The notes under the pieces were generated by a model that was not told where the DNA came from, did no database searches, and was given only the letters and a program-made list of their open reading frames with translations. 64,000 nt of DNA, from NCBI RefSeq assembly GCF_054482595.1, contig NZ_CM137008.1; one strand, given 5' to 3'. A program made the position numbers and the translations under genes. This document shows, piece by piece, positions 52,318-63,700 of this stretch (within the stretch, counting starts at the first letter, position 1; every line of letters begins with the position of its first letter).

Positions 52318-52734
52318 CCAAGATAGTCAATGAGACAGGGCATCTCGCAATCTATGGCAAACATCACTTCAGTTCTTTCTCATCGGGTGATGAAAACGCA
52401 CTTCAGTCTGAAAGGAATATGAAAATGAGATCAACAGACACTCTATTTTATGACTCTGGGTAAAATGGATTGAGTAAGTGATATAGCTTACGAAAATTCA
52501 AATCAATTAAACATCAGCAGAGATTTTATACTCAGGTATTTAATCTGGCTCTCTGTTTATTTAAATAATGTGAAAAGAGATTTTTCACAGGAGACCTTAT
52601 ACAAAAAATATAAAATACAGCTACCGGTTGCCAAAGACACTATAAGCCTGGCAAAAAAATATTACACAACATAAATGCTAATTGTTTATGCGGGCTTTGT
52701 ATTGCTTTCTGTATCCTACAAATGAGTGAAATTT

Positions 52735-53451
52735 ATGAAAAAGGCTAAAATACTTTCTGGCGTATTATTACTGTGCTTTTCGTCACCATTAATTTCTCAG
52801 GCTGCGACACTTGACGTGCGTGGTGGATATCGTAGTGGAAGCCACGCCTATGAGACTCGACTCAAAGTCAGTGAGGGATGGCAAAATGGATGGTGGGCAA
52901 GTATGGAAAGTAATACCTGGAATACCATTCATGATAATAAAAAGGAAAATGCCGCACTCAATGATGTTCAGGTTGAAGTTAATTACGCGATTAAACTTGA
53001 TGATCAATGGACGGTGCGCCCGGGAATGTTAACGCATTTTAGCAGCAACGGCACACGCTACGGACCCTACGTAAAACTGTCCTGGGACGCGACAAAAGAT
53101 CTTAATTTTGGCATTCGCTATCGTTACGACTGGAAAGCTTACCGACAACAAGACTTATCCGGTGATATGTCTCGTGATAACGTTCATCGTTGGGATGGAT
53201 ATGTCACTTACCATATTAATAGTGATTTCACCTTCGCATGGCAAACGACGCTATACAGCAAACAGAACGATTATCGCTATGCAAACCATAAGAAATGGGC
53301 TACGGAAAATGCATTTGTTCTACAATACCATATGACGCCCGATATTACGCCATACATAGAATATGACTACCTGGACCGTCAGGGTGTTTACAACGGCAGA
53401 GATAATTTATCGGAAAACAGTTATCGCATTGGTGTGTCATTTAAACTGTAG
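52735..53451 (+). CDS. nanC: N-acetylneuraminic acid outer membrane channel NanC (KdgM family), 238 aa
   Basis: MKKAKILSGVLLLCFSSPLISQAATLDVRGGYR...; beta-barrel porin pattern. Confidence 0.85.
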   Translation: MKKAKILSGVLLLCFSSPLISQAATLDVRGGYRSGSHAYETRLKVSEGWQNGWWASMESNTWNTIHDNKKENAALNDVQVEVNYAIKLDDQWTVRPGMLTHFSSNGTRYGPYVKLSWDATKDLNFGIRYRYDWKAYRQQDLSGDMSRDNVHRWDGYVTYHINSDFTFAWQTTLYSKQNDYRYANHKKWATENAFVLQYHMTPDITPYIEYDYLDRQGVYNGRDNLSENSYRIGVSFKL

Positions 53452-53470
53452 TAGACAGGAGACAGTCACA

Positions 53471-54577
53471 ATGAATAAAACAATAACGGCGCTTGCTATC
53501 ATGATGGCTTCATTTGCCGCAAACGCGTCTGTATTACCGGAAACTCCTGTGCCATTTAAAAGTGGTACCGGAGCAATTGATAACGACACTGTCTACATTG
53601 GTTTAGGTAGCGCAGGTACGGCATGGTACAAGCTGGATACACAGGCCAAAGATAAAAAATGGACAGCGTTAGCTGCATTCCCTGGTGGACCAAGAGATCA
53701 AGCAACCTCTGCATTTATTGATGGCAATCTGTATGTGTTTGGCGGCATTGGCAAAAACAGCGAGGGCTTGACTCAGGTATTTAATGACGTACACAAATAC
53801 AACCCCAAAACCAATAGCTGGGTTAAATTGATGTCGCACGCGCCGATGGGCATGGCGGGCCATGTGACTTTTGTACACAACGGCAAGGCTTATGTTACTG
53901 GCGGTGTTAACCAGAATATCTTCAATGGCTATTTTGAAGATCTCAACGAAACTGGAAAAGATTCAACCGCTATAGATAAAATCAATGCCTACTATTTTGA
54001 CAAAAAAGCAGAAGATTATTTCTTCAATAAGTTTCTGTTGTCTTTTGATCCCTCAACACAGCAATGGAGTTACGCTGGCGAATCGCCCTGGTACGGAACG
54101 GCTGGTGCGGCGGTTGTGAATAAAGGTGATAAAACCTGGCTTATTAATGGCGAAGCCAAACCCGGATTGCGAACGGATGCCGTATTTGAACTTGATTTCA
54201 CCGGTAATAATTTAAAATGGAATAAGCTTGCTCCCGTCTCATCACCAGATGGCGTCGCTGGCGGTTTTGCGGGGATAAGCAATGATTCTCTTATATTTGC
54301 CGGAGGGGCCGGATTCAAAGGTTCACGAGAAAATTACCAGAACGGTAAGAACTATGCGCATGAAGGCCTGAAAAAATCATATAGCACTGATATTCATCTT
54401 TGGCATAACGGGAAATGGGATAAATCTGGTGAATTATCGCAAGGTCGGGCCTACGGAGTATCATTGCCCTGGAATAATAGTCTATTGATTATTGGCGGTG
54501 AATCTGCAGGCGGCAAAGCGGTGACGGATTCAGTTTTGATCTCTGTGAAGGATAATAAAGTTACAGTACAAAACTAA
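53471..54577 (+). CDS. nanM: N-acetylneuraminate mutarotase NanM (Kelch-repeat beta-propeller), 368 aa
   Basis: Translation from the internal ATG at 53471 (AGGAGA SD): MNKTITALAIMMASFAANASV... Confidence 0.85.
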   Translation: MNKTITALAIMMASFAANASVLPETPVPFKSGTGAIDNDTVYIGLGSAGTAWYKLDTQAKDKKWTALAAFPGGPRDQATSAFIDGNLYVFGGIGKNSEGLTQVFNDVHKYNPKTNSWVKLMSHAPMGMAGHVTFVHNGKAYVTGGVNQNIFNGYFEDLNETGKDSTAIDKINAYYFDKKAEDYFFNKFLLSFDPSTQQWSYAGESPWYGTAGAAVVNKGDKTWLINGEAKPGLRTDAVFELDFTGNNLKWNKLAPVSSPDGVAGGFAGISNDSLIFAGGAGFKGSRENYQNGKNYAHEGLKKSYSTDIHLWHNGKWDKSGELSQGRAYGVSLPWNNSLLIIGGESAGGKAVTDSVLISVKDNKVTVQN

Positions 54578-54640
54578 CGCTTCAGGGCCCCAGTAAAGGG
54601 CCCTGCTATCAATTTATCATTTCAATTACGCGAAAATTAT

Positions 54641-55621
54641 ATGGACGCAATAATATCGCCCGATTATTACTATGTTCTTACCGTTGCTGGTCAGTCTAAT
54701 GCCATGGCGTATGGCGAAGGACTGCCATTACCGGACAGGGAAGATGCGCCTCATCCCAGAATTAAACAATTAGCGAGATTTGCGCATACGCATCCCGGAG
54801 GCCCGTCATGTCACTTTAACGACATTATTCCACTGACTCACTGCCCACACGATGTTCAGGATATGCAGGGTTATCACCATCCTCTGGCAACGAATCATCA
54901 AACACAGTACGGCACCATTGGCCAGGCACTGCATATTGCACGGAAATTACTGCCCTTTATTCCTGATAACGCAGGGGTTCTCATCGTTCCATGTTGCCGT
55001 GGCGGATCGGCTTTTACCGCGGGCAGCGAGGGGACATATTCAGAACGGCACGGAGCCAGCCATGATGCTTGTCGTTGGGGAACGGATACTCCGCTATACC
55101 AGGATTTAGTCAGCAGAACGCGAGCCGCATTGGCAAAAAATCCGCAGAACAAATTCCTCGGCGTATGCTGGATGCAAGGCGAATTTGACTTAATGACCAG
55201 TGACTACGCGTCACACCCTCAACACTTTAATCATATGGTTGAAGCCTTTCGTAGGGATCTAAAACAATACCATTCTCAGCTTAATAATATTACTGATGCG
55301 CCCTGGTTCTGCGGCGATACCACCTGGTACTGGAAAGAAAATTTCCCTCATGCGTATGAAGCTATTTATGGCAATTATCAAAATAATATTTTAGCTAATA
55401 TTATTTTCGTCGACTTCCAGCAACAAGGTGCAAGAGGACTGACGAACGCGCCTGATGAAGATCCGGACGATTTAAGCACGGGATATTACGGTTCAGCGTA
55501 CCGGTCACCGGAGAACTGGACGACGGCACTGCGAAGCAGTCATTTCAGCGCGGCAGCCCGTCGGGGGATTATTTCTGACAAGTTTGTAGAAGCAATTTTG
55601 CAGTTTTGGCGCGAAAGGTGA
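54641..55621 (+). CDS. nanS: 9-O-acetyl-N-acetylneuraminate esterase NanS, 326 aa
   Basis: Sequence recognised (YjhS/NanS). Confidence 0.8.
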   Translation: MDAIISPDYYYVLTVAGQSNAMAYGEGLPLPDREDAPHPRIKQLARFAHTHPGGPSCHFNDIIPLTHCPHDVQDMQGYHHPLATNHQTQYGTIGQALHIARKLLPFIPDNAGVLIVPCCRGGSAFTAGSEGTYSERHGASHDACRWGTDTPLYQDLVSRTRAALAKNPQNKFLGVCWMQGEFDLMTSDYASHPQHFNHMVEAFRRDLKQYHSQLNNITDAPWFCGDTTWYWKENFPHAYEAIYGNYQNNILANIIFVDFQQQGARGLTNAPDEDPDDLSTGYYGSAYRSPENWTTALRSSHFSAAARRGIISDKFVEAILQFWRER

Positions 55622-55775
55622 GCGTTCATTAATTTGATTTATTCGCATCCATCAGCGCTTTTAACTCCTCCGGCGTAAACGGTGGTTTGCGTAGGTGCAA
55701 CATCGCATGGCAATTAGGGCACACAGGCAGCAAAAAAACAAATGAGATCAAAGTAATATATCTTCACTTGCAGGC

Positions 55776-56705
55776 TTGAACAGCAGAAAATTTGCGAGCA
55801 TGATCGCAATTATTTCACTGCCAGGGATATCAATGGCTTCCAGTAAATCGCTACAGCAGGCAATTGCCAATATAAAAATCTGGCATAAGGGTGAACAGCG
55901 CGCACCGCATAAACCATTGTTATTGCTATACGTATTAGCGGGATACCTGAATGGACATCCACGCCTTTTCGATTATGGATCGGAAATCTACGAACCTCTG
56001 CACAGTTTACTGGAACGTTTTGGGCCACAGCGTTCACAGTACCGACCTGATATGCCGTTCTGGCGATTACAAGGCGACGGATTCTGGCAATTACACAATG
56101 CCGAGCTTTGCTCAACAGCAGGGAGCAGCCGACAACCGCCAGTGAAGGAACTGAACGAATACCACGTTGCAGGCGGTTTCGATGAACAGCACTACGCCTT
56201 GGTAACCGGCAATAAAAAACTCATCAATACTCTGGCGCAACAGATACTCGAAGCGCACTTCACCGAGAGTATTCAGGAAGAAATTGCTGACGAGCTGGGT
56301 TTTGATCTCCAGCAAATCCGTAAACAGTGCGACCCGTTATTTCGCAAAAATGTATTACGCGCTTATAAATACCAGTGCGCGATATGTGGCTTTAATATGC
56401 GCCACGACGACACCACCGTCGCGCTGGAAGCGGCGCATATAAAATGGAAACAGCACGGCGGTCCTTGTGAAATTCCTAATGGCCTGGCGCTTTGCGCAAT
56501 TCACCATAAAGCCTTTGATAAAGGATCGATTGGCCTGGACGAAAATATGCGGGTACTGGTATCAGATGCGGTAAACGGCGGAGGGATCGTTGAGAGATTA
56601 TTCTGGGATTTTGACGGGAAAACTATTGCGTTGCCGCAGGTGCGTAAAAATTACCCTTATGAGGTGTTTGTAGAGTGGCATCGGAAAGAGGTTTTTAGGG
56701 GGTGA
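55776..56705 (+). CDS. HNH endonuclease with an N-terminal putative modified-DNA reader domain; candidate Type IV restriction enzyme, 309 aa
   Basis: C-terminal HNH motif CAICGF ... LEAAHIKWKQHGGPCEIPNGLALCAIHHKAFDKG. The N-terminal domain (APHKPLLLLYVL ... MPFWRLQGDGFWQL) has no catalytic motif recognised. An alternative start is the ATG at 55833. Confidence 0.6.
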   Translation: MNSRKFASMIAIISLPGISMASSKSLQQAIANIKIWHKGEQRAPHKPLLLLYVLAGYLNGHPRLFDYGSEIYEPLHSLLERFGPQRSQYRPDMPFWRLQGDGFWQLHNAELCSTAGSSRQPPVKELNEYHVAGGFDEQHYALVTGNKKLINTLAQQILEAHFTESIQEEIADELGFDLQQIRKQCDPLFRKNVLRAYKYQCAICGFNMRHDDTTVALEAAHIKWKQHGGPCEIPNGLALCAIHHKAFDKGSIGLDENMRVLVSDAVNGGGIVERLFWDFDGKTIALPQVRKNYPYEVFVEWHRKEVFRG

Positions 56706-57017
56706 GGTAGCCATTATATATCTTTCACCTAGGATTTTAAATGTAATAGATAAAGTATTTTCTGACACCGAAAGTAGTATTTATGAGTACATAGCCACAA
56801 ATCAATTTTAAAATCTCAATATAAAATACGTTTACAAATATTCTAGTCAGAGTAAATATATATTCATTATAAGAGAATCCAATTATTAACCAATCGAAAT
56901 TACAAATTAAAAAACAATTGGCATGTTGAATTGTACACTAATTTATATACATAGTAAATTTACATCTATTCATGATATAATTATCGTGATATCAATTCAT
57001 TAATCAGGAAAATCATA

Positions 57018-57320
57018 ATGGAATTGTTAAATACTTATGATGATAAAGAAACAGCTGAAATATTTTTTGAAAAAATAGACGGAGAGAAAAGATTAGCAAG
57101 TGAGAGAGATGCTACAGAAACAGTCTATAACCTCTTCGGGCAACCAACATGGAAAAACTTTTATCTTCTTGATATGTTTAACCTAAAAGAGTTACAAGGG
57201 ATTATAGAGTGTAGAAAAAATGGACAGCCGTTCGACCAGGAACGACACAGGGAAATAATAAAAATGCTTGAATATGCAGCAAAATCGTTTGACCTAATTA
57301 TTCCTGCACATTGGCGATAA
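57018..57320 (+). CDS. Hypothetical protein, 100 aa, AT-rich, convergent with the Res-like gene
   Basis: ORF-track ORF preceded by aggaaaatcata; no family recognised. Confidence 0.35.
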   Translation: MELLNTYDDKETAEIFFEKIDGEKRLASERDATETVYNLFGQPTWKNFYLLDMFNLKELQGIIECRKNGQPFDQERHREIIKMLEYAAKSFDLIIPAHWR

Positions 57321-57322
57321 TA

Positions 57323-57355
57323 TCTGTTCCATATCTCACAGAGATATGGAACAGA
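57323..57355. terminator. Bidirectional hairpin between the 100-aa ORF and the Res-like gene
   Basis: tctgttccatatctc-acag-agatatggaacaga read directly. Confidence 0.55.
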
Positions 57356-57366
57356 ATCATAATTAT

Positions 57367-60300
57367 TTACTCGCTAACCATCTTACTGAATAACTTCTCC
57401 AGATAAACGGGGCCTGTATCCTCAATAAAAAGCACATTTCTGGCTTCCAGATTTTCTTTTGAGTCAGGTACGTTTACTAAGTCAACATAACAAGTTTCAG
57501 AAACAATAAATGCACTTAATGATAAGTTATCATCCGATAATTTATGTTCAAGATTCTTAATTTCTTTATATAATCCGAACTTCGGATCATCAAGATTAAG
57601 ATTGCGAATGCCTTTTGGATCAATAAGACTTAGCCATTGTTTACCACTTTTATCATCGACTAACCACAATAAGAAATCCGGATAAAAATTACCCGCAGTA
57701 GCAAAGCCCAGGCCTTTATTTTTAGAATCCGCATTTCTTAGCAGATATAAACTTTTATCACCAATAATTTTCTGCCCTTTTGTCGAATCAACAAAAGACT
57801 GAAGATCCTGAACAAAAGTAATCTCGCTTGGCGCACCAAGTGCTGCCGGTCGCATTTTTAGCGGTATATTGGCATTTTTTTCAATCGAAAGAAGCGGGTA
57901 ATAGAGATGTTTATCAAAGGTAATAGCAACCATCCCGGATGCACTCCAGGATTTTGCTTTACCGATTTCGCCGTCGATGACCAATTGTTGTAATTGTTCC
58001 AGCCGACTGGCATAAGCCAACCCATCATCAGTTTCTTCGATCTCGAAATGGTACATTTTGATCATACCAGGATCATCTTCTTTCACCTGCGTGACTTCAT
58101 AAAACTGACCTTCATAAGCATTTTTCAAGGTGTTGTAAAAGCGATCAGTATAATCAGTCAGCAGACGAAGCATAATATCTTCCTGCTTAGCAATATCTGC
58201 ATATTGCTTAATCTCAAGCTCTGAAGCTGGAATCAAAAGGGTATACCAACTATTTCCGATCTTTGTCTTACCGGTACAAAAGTCGATCAAACGTTGTTTA
58301 TCCACACGTAAATTTGACCAGCCGCGTTGTAGTTTATAATTCTGAATGGCGAGATAAAGCCGATCAAAATCAAATGCACTAATGATTTTATAATCTAACT
58401 TCGCTTCATTGCGCACGTTAACCGGAGTATTGTCCCCTTTTCTGCTGGTATCAATCGACTCAAGTTTCGGGTATAAGTCCAGCTTAATATGCGGCTGCTT
58501 AATTTTCCCCTGAAAATCAGCAGGAACTTCATACAATTCAGGAAAATAGACACGTTTAAAGCCGAGTCTTTGATTATCTTTATAACCATCTTTAAGCTTA
58601 AGTGTTTTAAGCCTGGTTGCTGGCATATTTGGCCGAGTTTCAAAATTCAGCTCAAGGATCTCGTCACTTGGCGTAATCCCTTCATCTTCCAGGTATTGTT
58701 TAAAGGTTGCCATGTAATCGGCACGTACACCGAATACATTCAGTGTCTCTAATTTTTCCAGATGCAACCCTTTCGGACGCTCACCGGGTGTACTGCGTTT
58801 CAAAGAATAATTGCGACCTTTAAGGCGTACGCCACGACCAAATAACTGAATGATCTGTGAACCTTCTCCACGGCCCATATTGAGCAATCCCATCGTTGAG
58901 ACGCGCCAACTGCTCCAGCCTTCAGTAAATTTTCGCGAGCCGATCAAAATATGTAGTCGCGAGTCTTTGTCATTTAACGTATGAAAGAGTGACTTTGCAA
59001 AATCATCTCTCTGATAATCAAATGTCGTATCCTCTTCACACATTTTGTAAAGAGACGGTGCATCACCAATATTGATAAGGCCAAACGGTTCGGCCTCACC
59101 AACCTGTAATGCCAGTTCACCTTTACTGCCTATTAAATTCAGAACTCGCAGTCGCTGACCAGAGTGAGTGGTGTTAAACAAGCGAGAAAGAATATCTGCG
59201 TAGATATCTTCCGGAGCGTTCATTAGTGCAGTAAAGCGATTTTCAAAAATGTTACGCTCTTTGGTATCGAGGATTCGCGCTTTATTTTTAATGAGATCGT
59301 TAATCCACGCTTTTGCCTGCGTTTCGTGGTTTAAAAACCATGCTAAAAAACGCAATACTGCGTGAATGTCTGAATCTTCACCACTTACCGTATTACCGAC
59401 AAAAACCCACAGCGGTTTTTCGATATTAAATTCACTTAATTTTTCTTTATTCTTATTGAATAAATATTGTTGCTGATAAAAGCTGAGCAAACACGCGGTA
59501 AAATACTCATACCGACGCTCATCTTTTTTATCCTCTTCAGGATTAAGGTTAAGAATCAGTGATTCTTTACCATAACCATCCTCATAGAAGAATTTATAGG
59601 AGTAATCGAACAGAATCGATTTTCCATAGACCTCTCGCGTCGCCTGAATACGCGCATCTCGTTTTTCTTCGCTGGTTAATGCTATTTGCGCTAACTCTTC
59701 TTCGTTCAGTTTACCTAAGGCCGTTGTTTCAAAAAGCAGCTTTGCTTTTTTCTTCTGAATTTCTGTTTCAACTGCCTCAACATTATTGCCACCGGCTACT
59801 GCCTGGCCAAAAGTTGCTGAATATTCAAACGCAAATCCGTCACGTGTTAATTTGTCACGACGGCGCATCCAGGCACCAGCAGCACTTCCGGTGCCTTTAT
59901 GCCCTTCATCAATCAGAACCAGATTGTTGCCTTCAAATGCCTCAACGGCAACAGTTTTGTCACCCATTTCATCGGCAAGTTTATTGATATCAATAACTTC
60001 AATCGTGCCTTTGAAGGGCGCAGATTTACTCTTATCGAATAACTGGTATTGGGTAAATCCTGAGTTTTCCAGCTCATCTAAATGTTGCTTCGACAGGCGT
60101 TCATCCGGAGTAAGCAGGATGATTTTGTCGGGGTAATGGTGGGTATTACCGTTCTGGAAATAATGTAAGTATTGCAAAATATTGACATGCAATAGCAGTG
60201 TCTTACCAGAACCAGTAGCATTCCAGTATGCCAGTTTATTCAAATCATCCAGAATATATGATTTGAACTGATTAGCCCGGTCTTTTGCTGTTTTATCATT

Positions 60301-60747
60301 TTCAGCATTGTATGCTGCCAGCTCGTTATTTAGCCCATCGAGTAATTGCTGTTTACGATTGAAGTACCAGTCCAGGTAGATCTCGGTAAACAAAAGCGAC
60401 AAGTACTGAAAATATTTCATGTTCAGCACAGTGTCTTCTTTGCGATTACGGTGCTCAGTTATCTGCTGCCAGTGCTGCACGATATTGAGATCGTAACGAC
60501 GCAGTTCATCGAGATCGATAAGATCGACCTCGAATAAATAGTTACTCAGCTCATGGAAGAACAAACTTTGGCCATCCTCATGGATGCCTTCAAAGCGATC
60601 TTCACCTAACCGATTCTTCAGACCTTGCAATGTGCCATCTTTAAAAAAATGGAACATAAAGCGGTTCAAAACCAGTTGCTTATGAAAGCTCAGTTTGCTG
60701 TTTGTCTCTTTTTTAACAGCTTTACCGGTGGTCGGTTTTTTAGCCAT
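57367..60747 (-). CDS. Type III restriction Res-like subunit: SF2 helicase core with C-terminal PD-(D/E)XK nuclease motif, 1126 aa
   Basis: Motif I WNATGSGKT, motif II VLIDEGHKG, motif III SATFG, motif VI QLFGRGVRL; C-terminal YPDFLLWLVDD ... LIDPKG (PD ... DxK). Strong GGAGGAGG SD; start lies 2 nt after the Mod-like stop. Confidence 0.75.
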   Translation of the reverse strand: MAKKPTTGKAVKKETNSKLSFHKQLVLNRFMFHFFKDGTLQGLKNRLGEDRFEGIHEDGQSLFFHELSNYLFEVDLIDLDELRRYDLNIVQHWQQITEHRNRKEDTVLNMKYFQYLSLLFTEIYLDWYFNRKQQLLDGLNNELAAYNAENDKTAKDRANQFKSYILDDLNKLAYWNATGSGKTLLLHVNILQYLHYFQNGNTHHYPDKIILLTPDERLSKQHLDELENSGFTQYQLFDKSKSAPFKGTIEVIDINKLADEMGDKTVAVEAFEGNNLVLIDEGHKGTGSAAGAWMRRRDKLTRDGFAFEYSATFGQAVAGGNNVEAVETEIQKKKAKLLFETTALGKLNEEELAQIALTSEEKRDARIQATREVYGKSILFDYSYKFFYEDGYGKESLILNLNPEEDKKDERRYEYFTACLLSFYQQQYLFNKNKEKLSEFNIEKPLWVFVGNTVSGEDSDIHAVLRFLAWFLNHETQAKAWINDLIKNKARILDTKERNIFENRFTALMNAPEDIYADILSRLFNTTHSGQRLRVLNLIGSKGELALQVGEAEPFGLINIGDAPSLYKMCEEDTTFDYQRDDFAKSLFHTLNDKDSRLHILIGSRKFTEGWSSWRVSTMGLLNMGRGEGSQIIQLFGRGVRLKGRNYSLKRSTPGERPKGLHLEKLETLNVFGVRADYMATFKQYLEDEGITPSDEILELNFETRPNMPATRLKTLKLKDGYKDNQRLGFKRVYFPELYEVPADFQGKIKQPHIKLDLYPKLESIDTSRKGDNTPVNVRNEAKLDYKIISAFDFDRLYLAIQNYKLQRGWSNLRVDKQRLIDFCTGKTKIGNSWYTLLIPASELEIKQYADIAKQEDIMLRLLTDYTDRFYNTLKNAYEGQFYEVTQVKEDDPGMIKMYHFEIEETDDGLAYASRLEQLQQLVIDGEIGKAKSWSASGMVAITFDKHLYYPLLSIEKNANIPLKMRPAALGAPSEITFVQDLQSFVDSTKGQKIIGDKSLYLLRNADSKNKGLGFATAGNFYPDFLLWLVDDKSGKQWLSLIDPKGIRNLNLDDPKFGLYKEIKNLEHKLSDDNLSLSAFIVSETCYVDLVNVPDSKENLEARNVLFIEDTGPVYLEKLFSKMVSE

Positions 60748-60749
60748 TC

Positions 60750-63700
60750 TTAAACCTCCTCCGCAAACATCAGGTTCAAGAATTCAGGTTCGATCTGGCG
60801 GATTTTCAGGCTACGAACAATCTCGCCGTCTTCTTCATCAACGGTAAAGGCGGTAGGCAAGTTATGATCGCCATTGATATAGATAACGTCATACGTGTTT
60901 TCTTTTGCATACAAATCAAATCGGTTAGCATATTTATTCAATTCTTCATAACCGATCTTGTCGCAATCGCGCCACAGAATAAGGGTACGCTCGCCTGTTG
61001 GCAGCGTACCTTCAACACGCACATAGCCACGTTCGATATTGGATTCGATGGATTTCACATGTAATCCAATGAGATAGTTGAAAGTTTCAACTAAATCGAT
61101 GTTTTTACGCTCAGTGGCACCGGCGGAATCCGTCGCAATATCCATTTCGTAGTTAAATGGTTTTTTGAAATTATCGATTCCGAGAAAAGAATCTTTACTC
61201 TCATTTTTAATGAGATAATTTAATAGATAATCATTCCTCACATCTGAAGGCAATGTTTCGAAAAGATCTATGGGAGATTTTTTCAGTACTATATTATTTA
61301 AGCAATCTTCATAGCTTTCTAGTTTAATTGTTTTAAGAATATGTGATATACCGTTTTTATCCTGTGGATAACCTTTATTCCACTTATCGCTATAAACGGC
61401 TTTTACAATTCTAGCTTTTATAACTGAATCAGAATGTTCTCCCATTTCAACTAATATATATTTATGATCTTCAGATTTTTCTCTATTTCTATTAATAACA
61501 GCATGTGCGGTGGTTCCACTGCCGCCAAAAAGATCGACTATGGTTTCATTATTAGCACTATGCCATACTGAATCAATAACGCGTTCCATAGTACCTAAGG
61601 ATTTTGGATAAGAAAACAAACCTGCAGAGCCAAACATGGACGTTAATAAATTTGTGCCACCTATGGTAGCATTATATTGTGATCCTTGCCAAATACTAGG
61701 AAGCAGTAACCTTCTTGCGCTATCATGATATAATCTGTTTATGACAAATTTGTTTGAACTTACCAATTCACCTACTTCAATTGCTTTTTTAGCCCCTTCA
61801 TAAGAAAGCGACCAAACTCTTTCTTCCCCATTCTCACCAATGGGATAGACTCTTTTTAAACCTTCTTTGGTTTCACCTACCGGATAATTACCTTTTTCTA
61901 AAGGAACAGGTGGTGGTTCGACTCCTTTAACTTCAAATGTATCAGGGTCAACCAAAACTGCAAAAAAGCTTTCTGGACGACCAGGATTACCAATCCTAAA
62001 ATTATTATCTCCGGTACCAGCTCTTCTAAAACCTCTAGTTCGAATTCCATCCTCCACACTATCCCCTTTGAGAATATCCATTCCTTCTGGTATAGAAAAC
62101 AGACAATATTCATGTGTTCTCGAAACATTTGTTCTACCTGTCCCAGACCCAGGATAGTGCTCAACGATACATTGTAAAACCTCTCTTTCTGGATTGATAC
62201 TTTTTTCCAATTCTTTTAAAAGAGACATTTCTGTATCATCAATAGCATAACAAAAAACACCGTTATTATTTAATAGTTTTTTAGATAAAATGATTCTATC
62301 AGCCATTAATGTAGCCCATGAAGAATCCTTATATCCATTTTTATATAAGATAGGAGTTGCATCAGTATTATATGGTGGATCAAGATATATTATGCTTGTA
62401 CTTTTATCAAACTTAGTCTCAAGGATTTTTAGGGCTTGATAATTTTCAGAGTTGACCAATAGCCCATTAATCTCATTATCAATATTATCAATTGATCGAA
62501 TCAGTTCACATTTAAATTTAGAATCAAAAAAAGTAGTATCAACCATCAGATATGGTGAACTCTTGAGAAATTTCATATCCCGAGAGTTATGCTGTTGAAA
62601 TAGACCTAGCGTACTCCAATGTTTAAATTGTTTATCATTTACTAATATAGTTTGATAAAGAGCATCTGGAATTCTATCTAAAGTAATACAGTATTCCGTA
62701 GAAACAACAAACTTCTTCTTAGTCCAAAGTTTTTTCTGGAAATTCTCAATTTGTGCCAAAAATGTAATGAGTTCCAGTGCAACAGTACGCAAACATTGAA
62801 TCATGCGCAATTGTTTCTCAATATTGGCAAACACTTCTGCATTTTGCACATTATCGAGATTCATTACTTCATTTTTAATATAAAAATCCAGTTCGTTCGT
62901 TAAAAAACCACCGAGATCTTTATGGATAAAGTAGTCTGCTGTATTACGCTGGGTATAAGTTGTAAGGTGACGCTCCAACTCTGTACGTGACGGATTTTTT
63001 TCTGTTGGCGCACGTTTAGCAAGATCAACCCAATGCTGTTGAACTGTTTTATCTGCCAGAATTGTTGAAATAGCGGACTGTACTAAAGCATCCTGCTTAG
63101 TGCCCTTTTTCATTGCCTTATATTCGAAGTGAATAACTAACTCTTCTGTTTCAACGAGTTTACCGTCCACCACAGATGAGTTTTTCACCACTTCTACTGG
63201 CTTATATTCTTGTTCATACTCATCACCTTCTTCATCAATTTTGGTACGAACATGTGGCTCAATAAGTACAAAGCAGCGATCTAATTCATTATCCTTACGG
63301 TTATCTTTTGCTGTGTCCGCTGCGAGCAATTTAAAGCTAACTTTACGACCATCATCTAATTTAAATGAATAATTAGCAAAGTTTTCGCCACTTTTAATGT
63401 AGTACTGGTCCTTATTTGCCCAGTGCAACATCACTTCTTCGCCAGAATAAGGGATGGCGTAGGTATTACCTTTATAACGGCGTTTGCTGATAAAATCGCC
63501 GTTGTCATAATAACGAGAAAAGAAAGTGAGCAGATGGGAAAATACTGCATTTTCATGCTCATTTGCTCCGGATGCCATAGCCGCCAGTTGCTTTTTAAGC
63601 TCCTGTACTTTCGGGCTATCAGCAGGGTCCACACCCGCATCAGTTGCCGCTTTTATTGTCAGTTGCAACTGATGTTCTAATTCTGATTTATTGGCATTTC

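Noticed and set aside
55628-55703. 24-codon minus-strand mini-ORF (MLHLRKPPFTPEELKALMDANKSN) just after nanS
   Set aside because: Too short to call and lacks an evident SD; it may be the tail of a deleted gene but cannot be supported.
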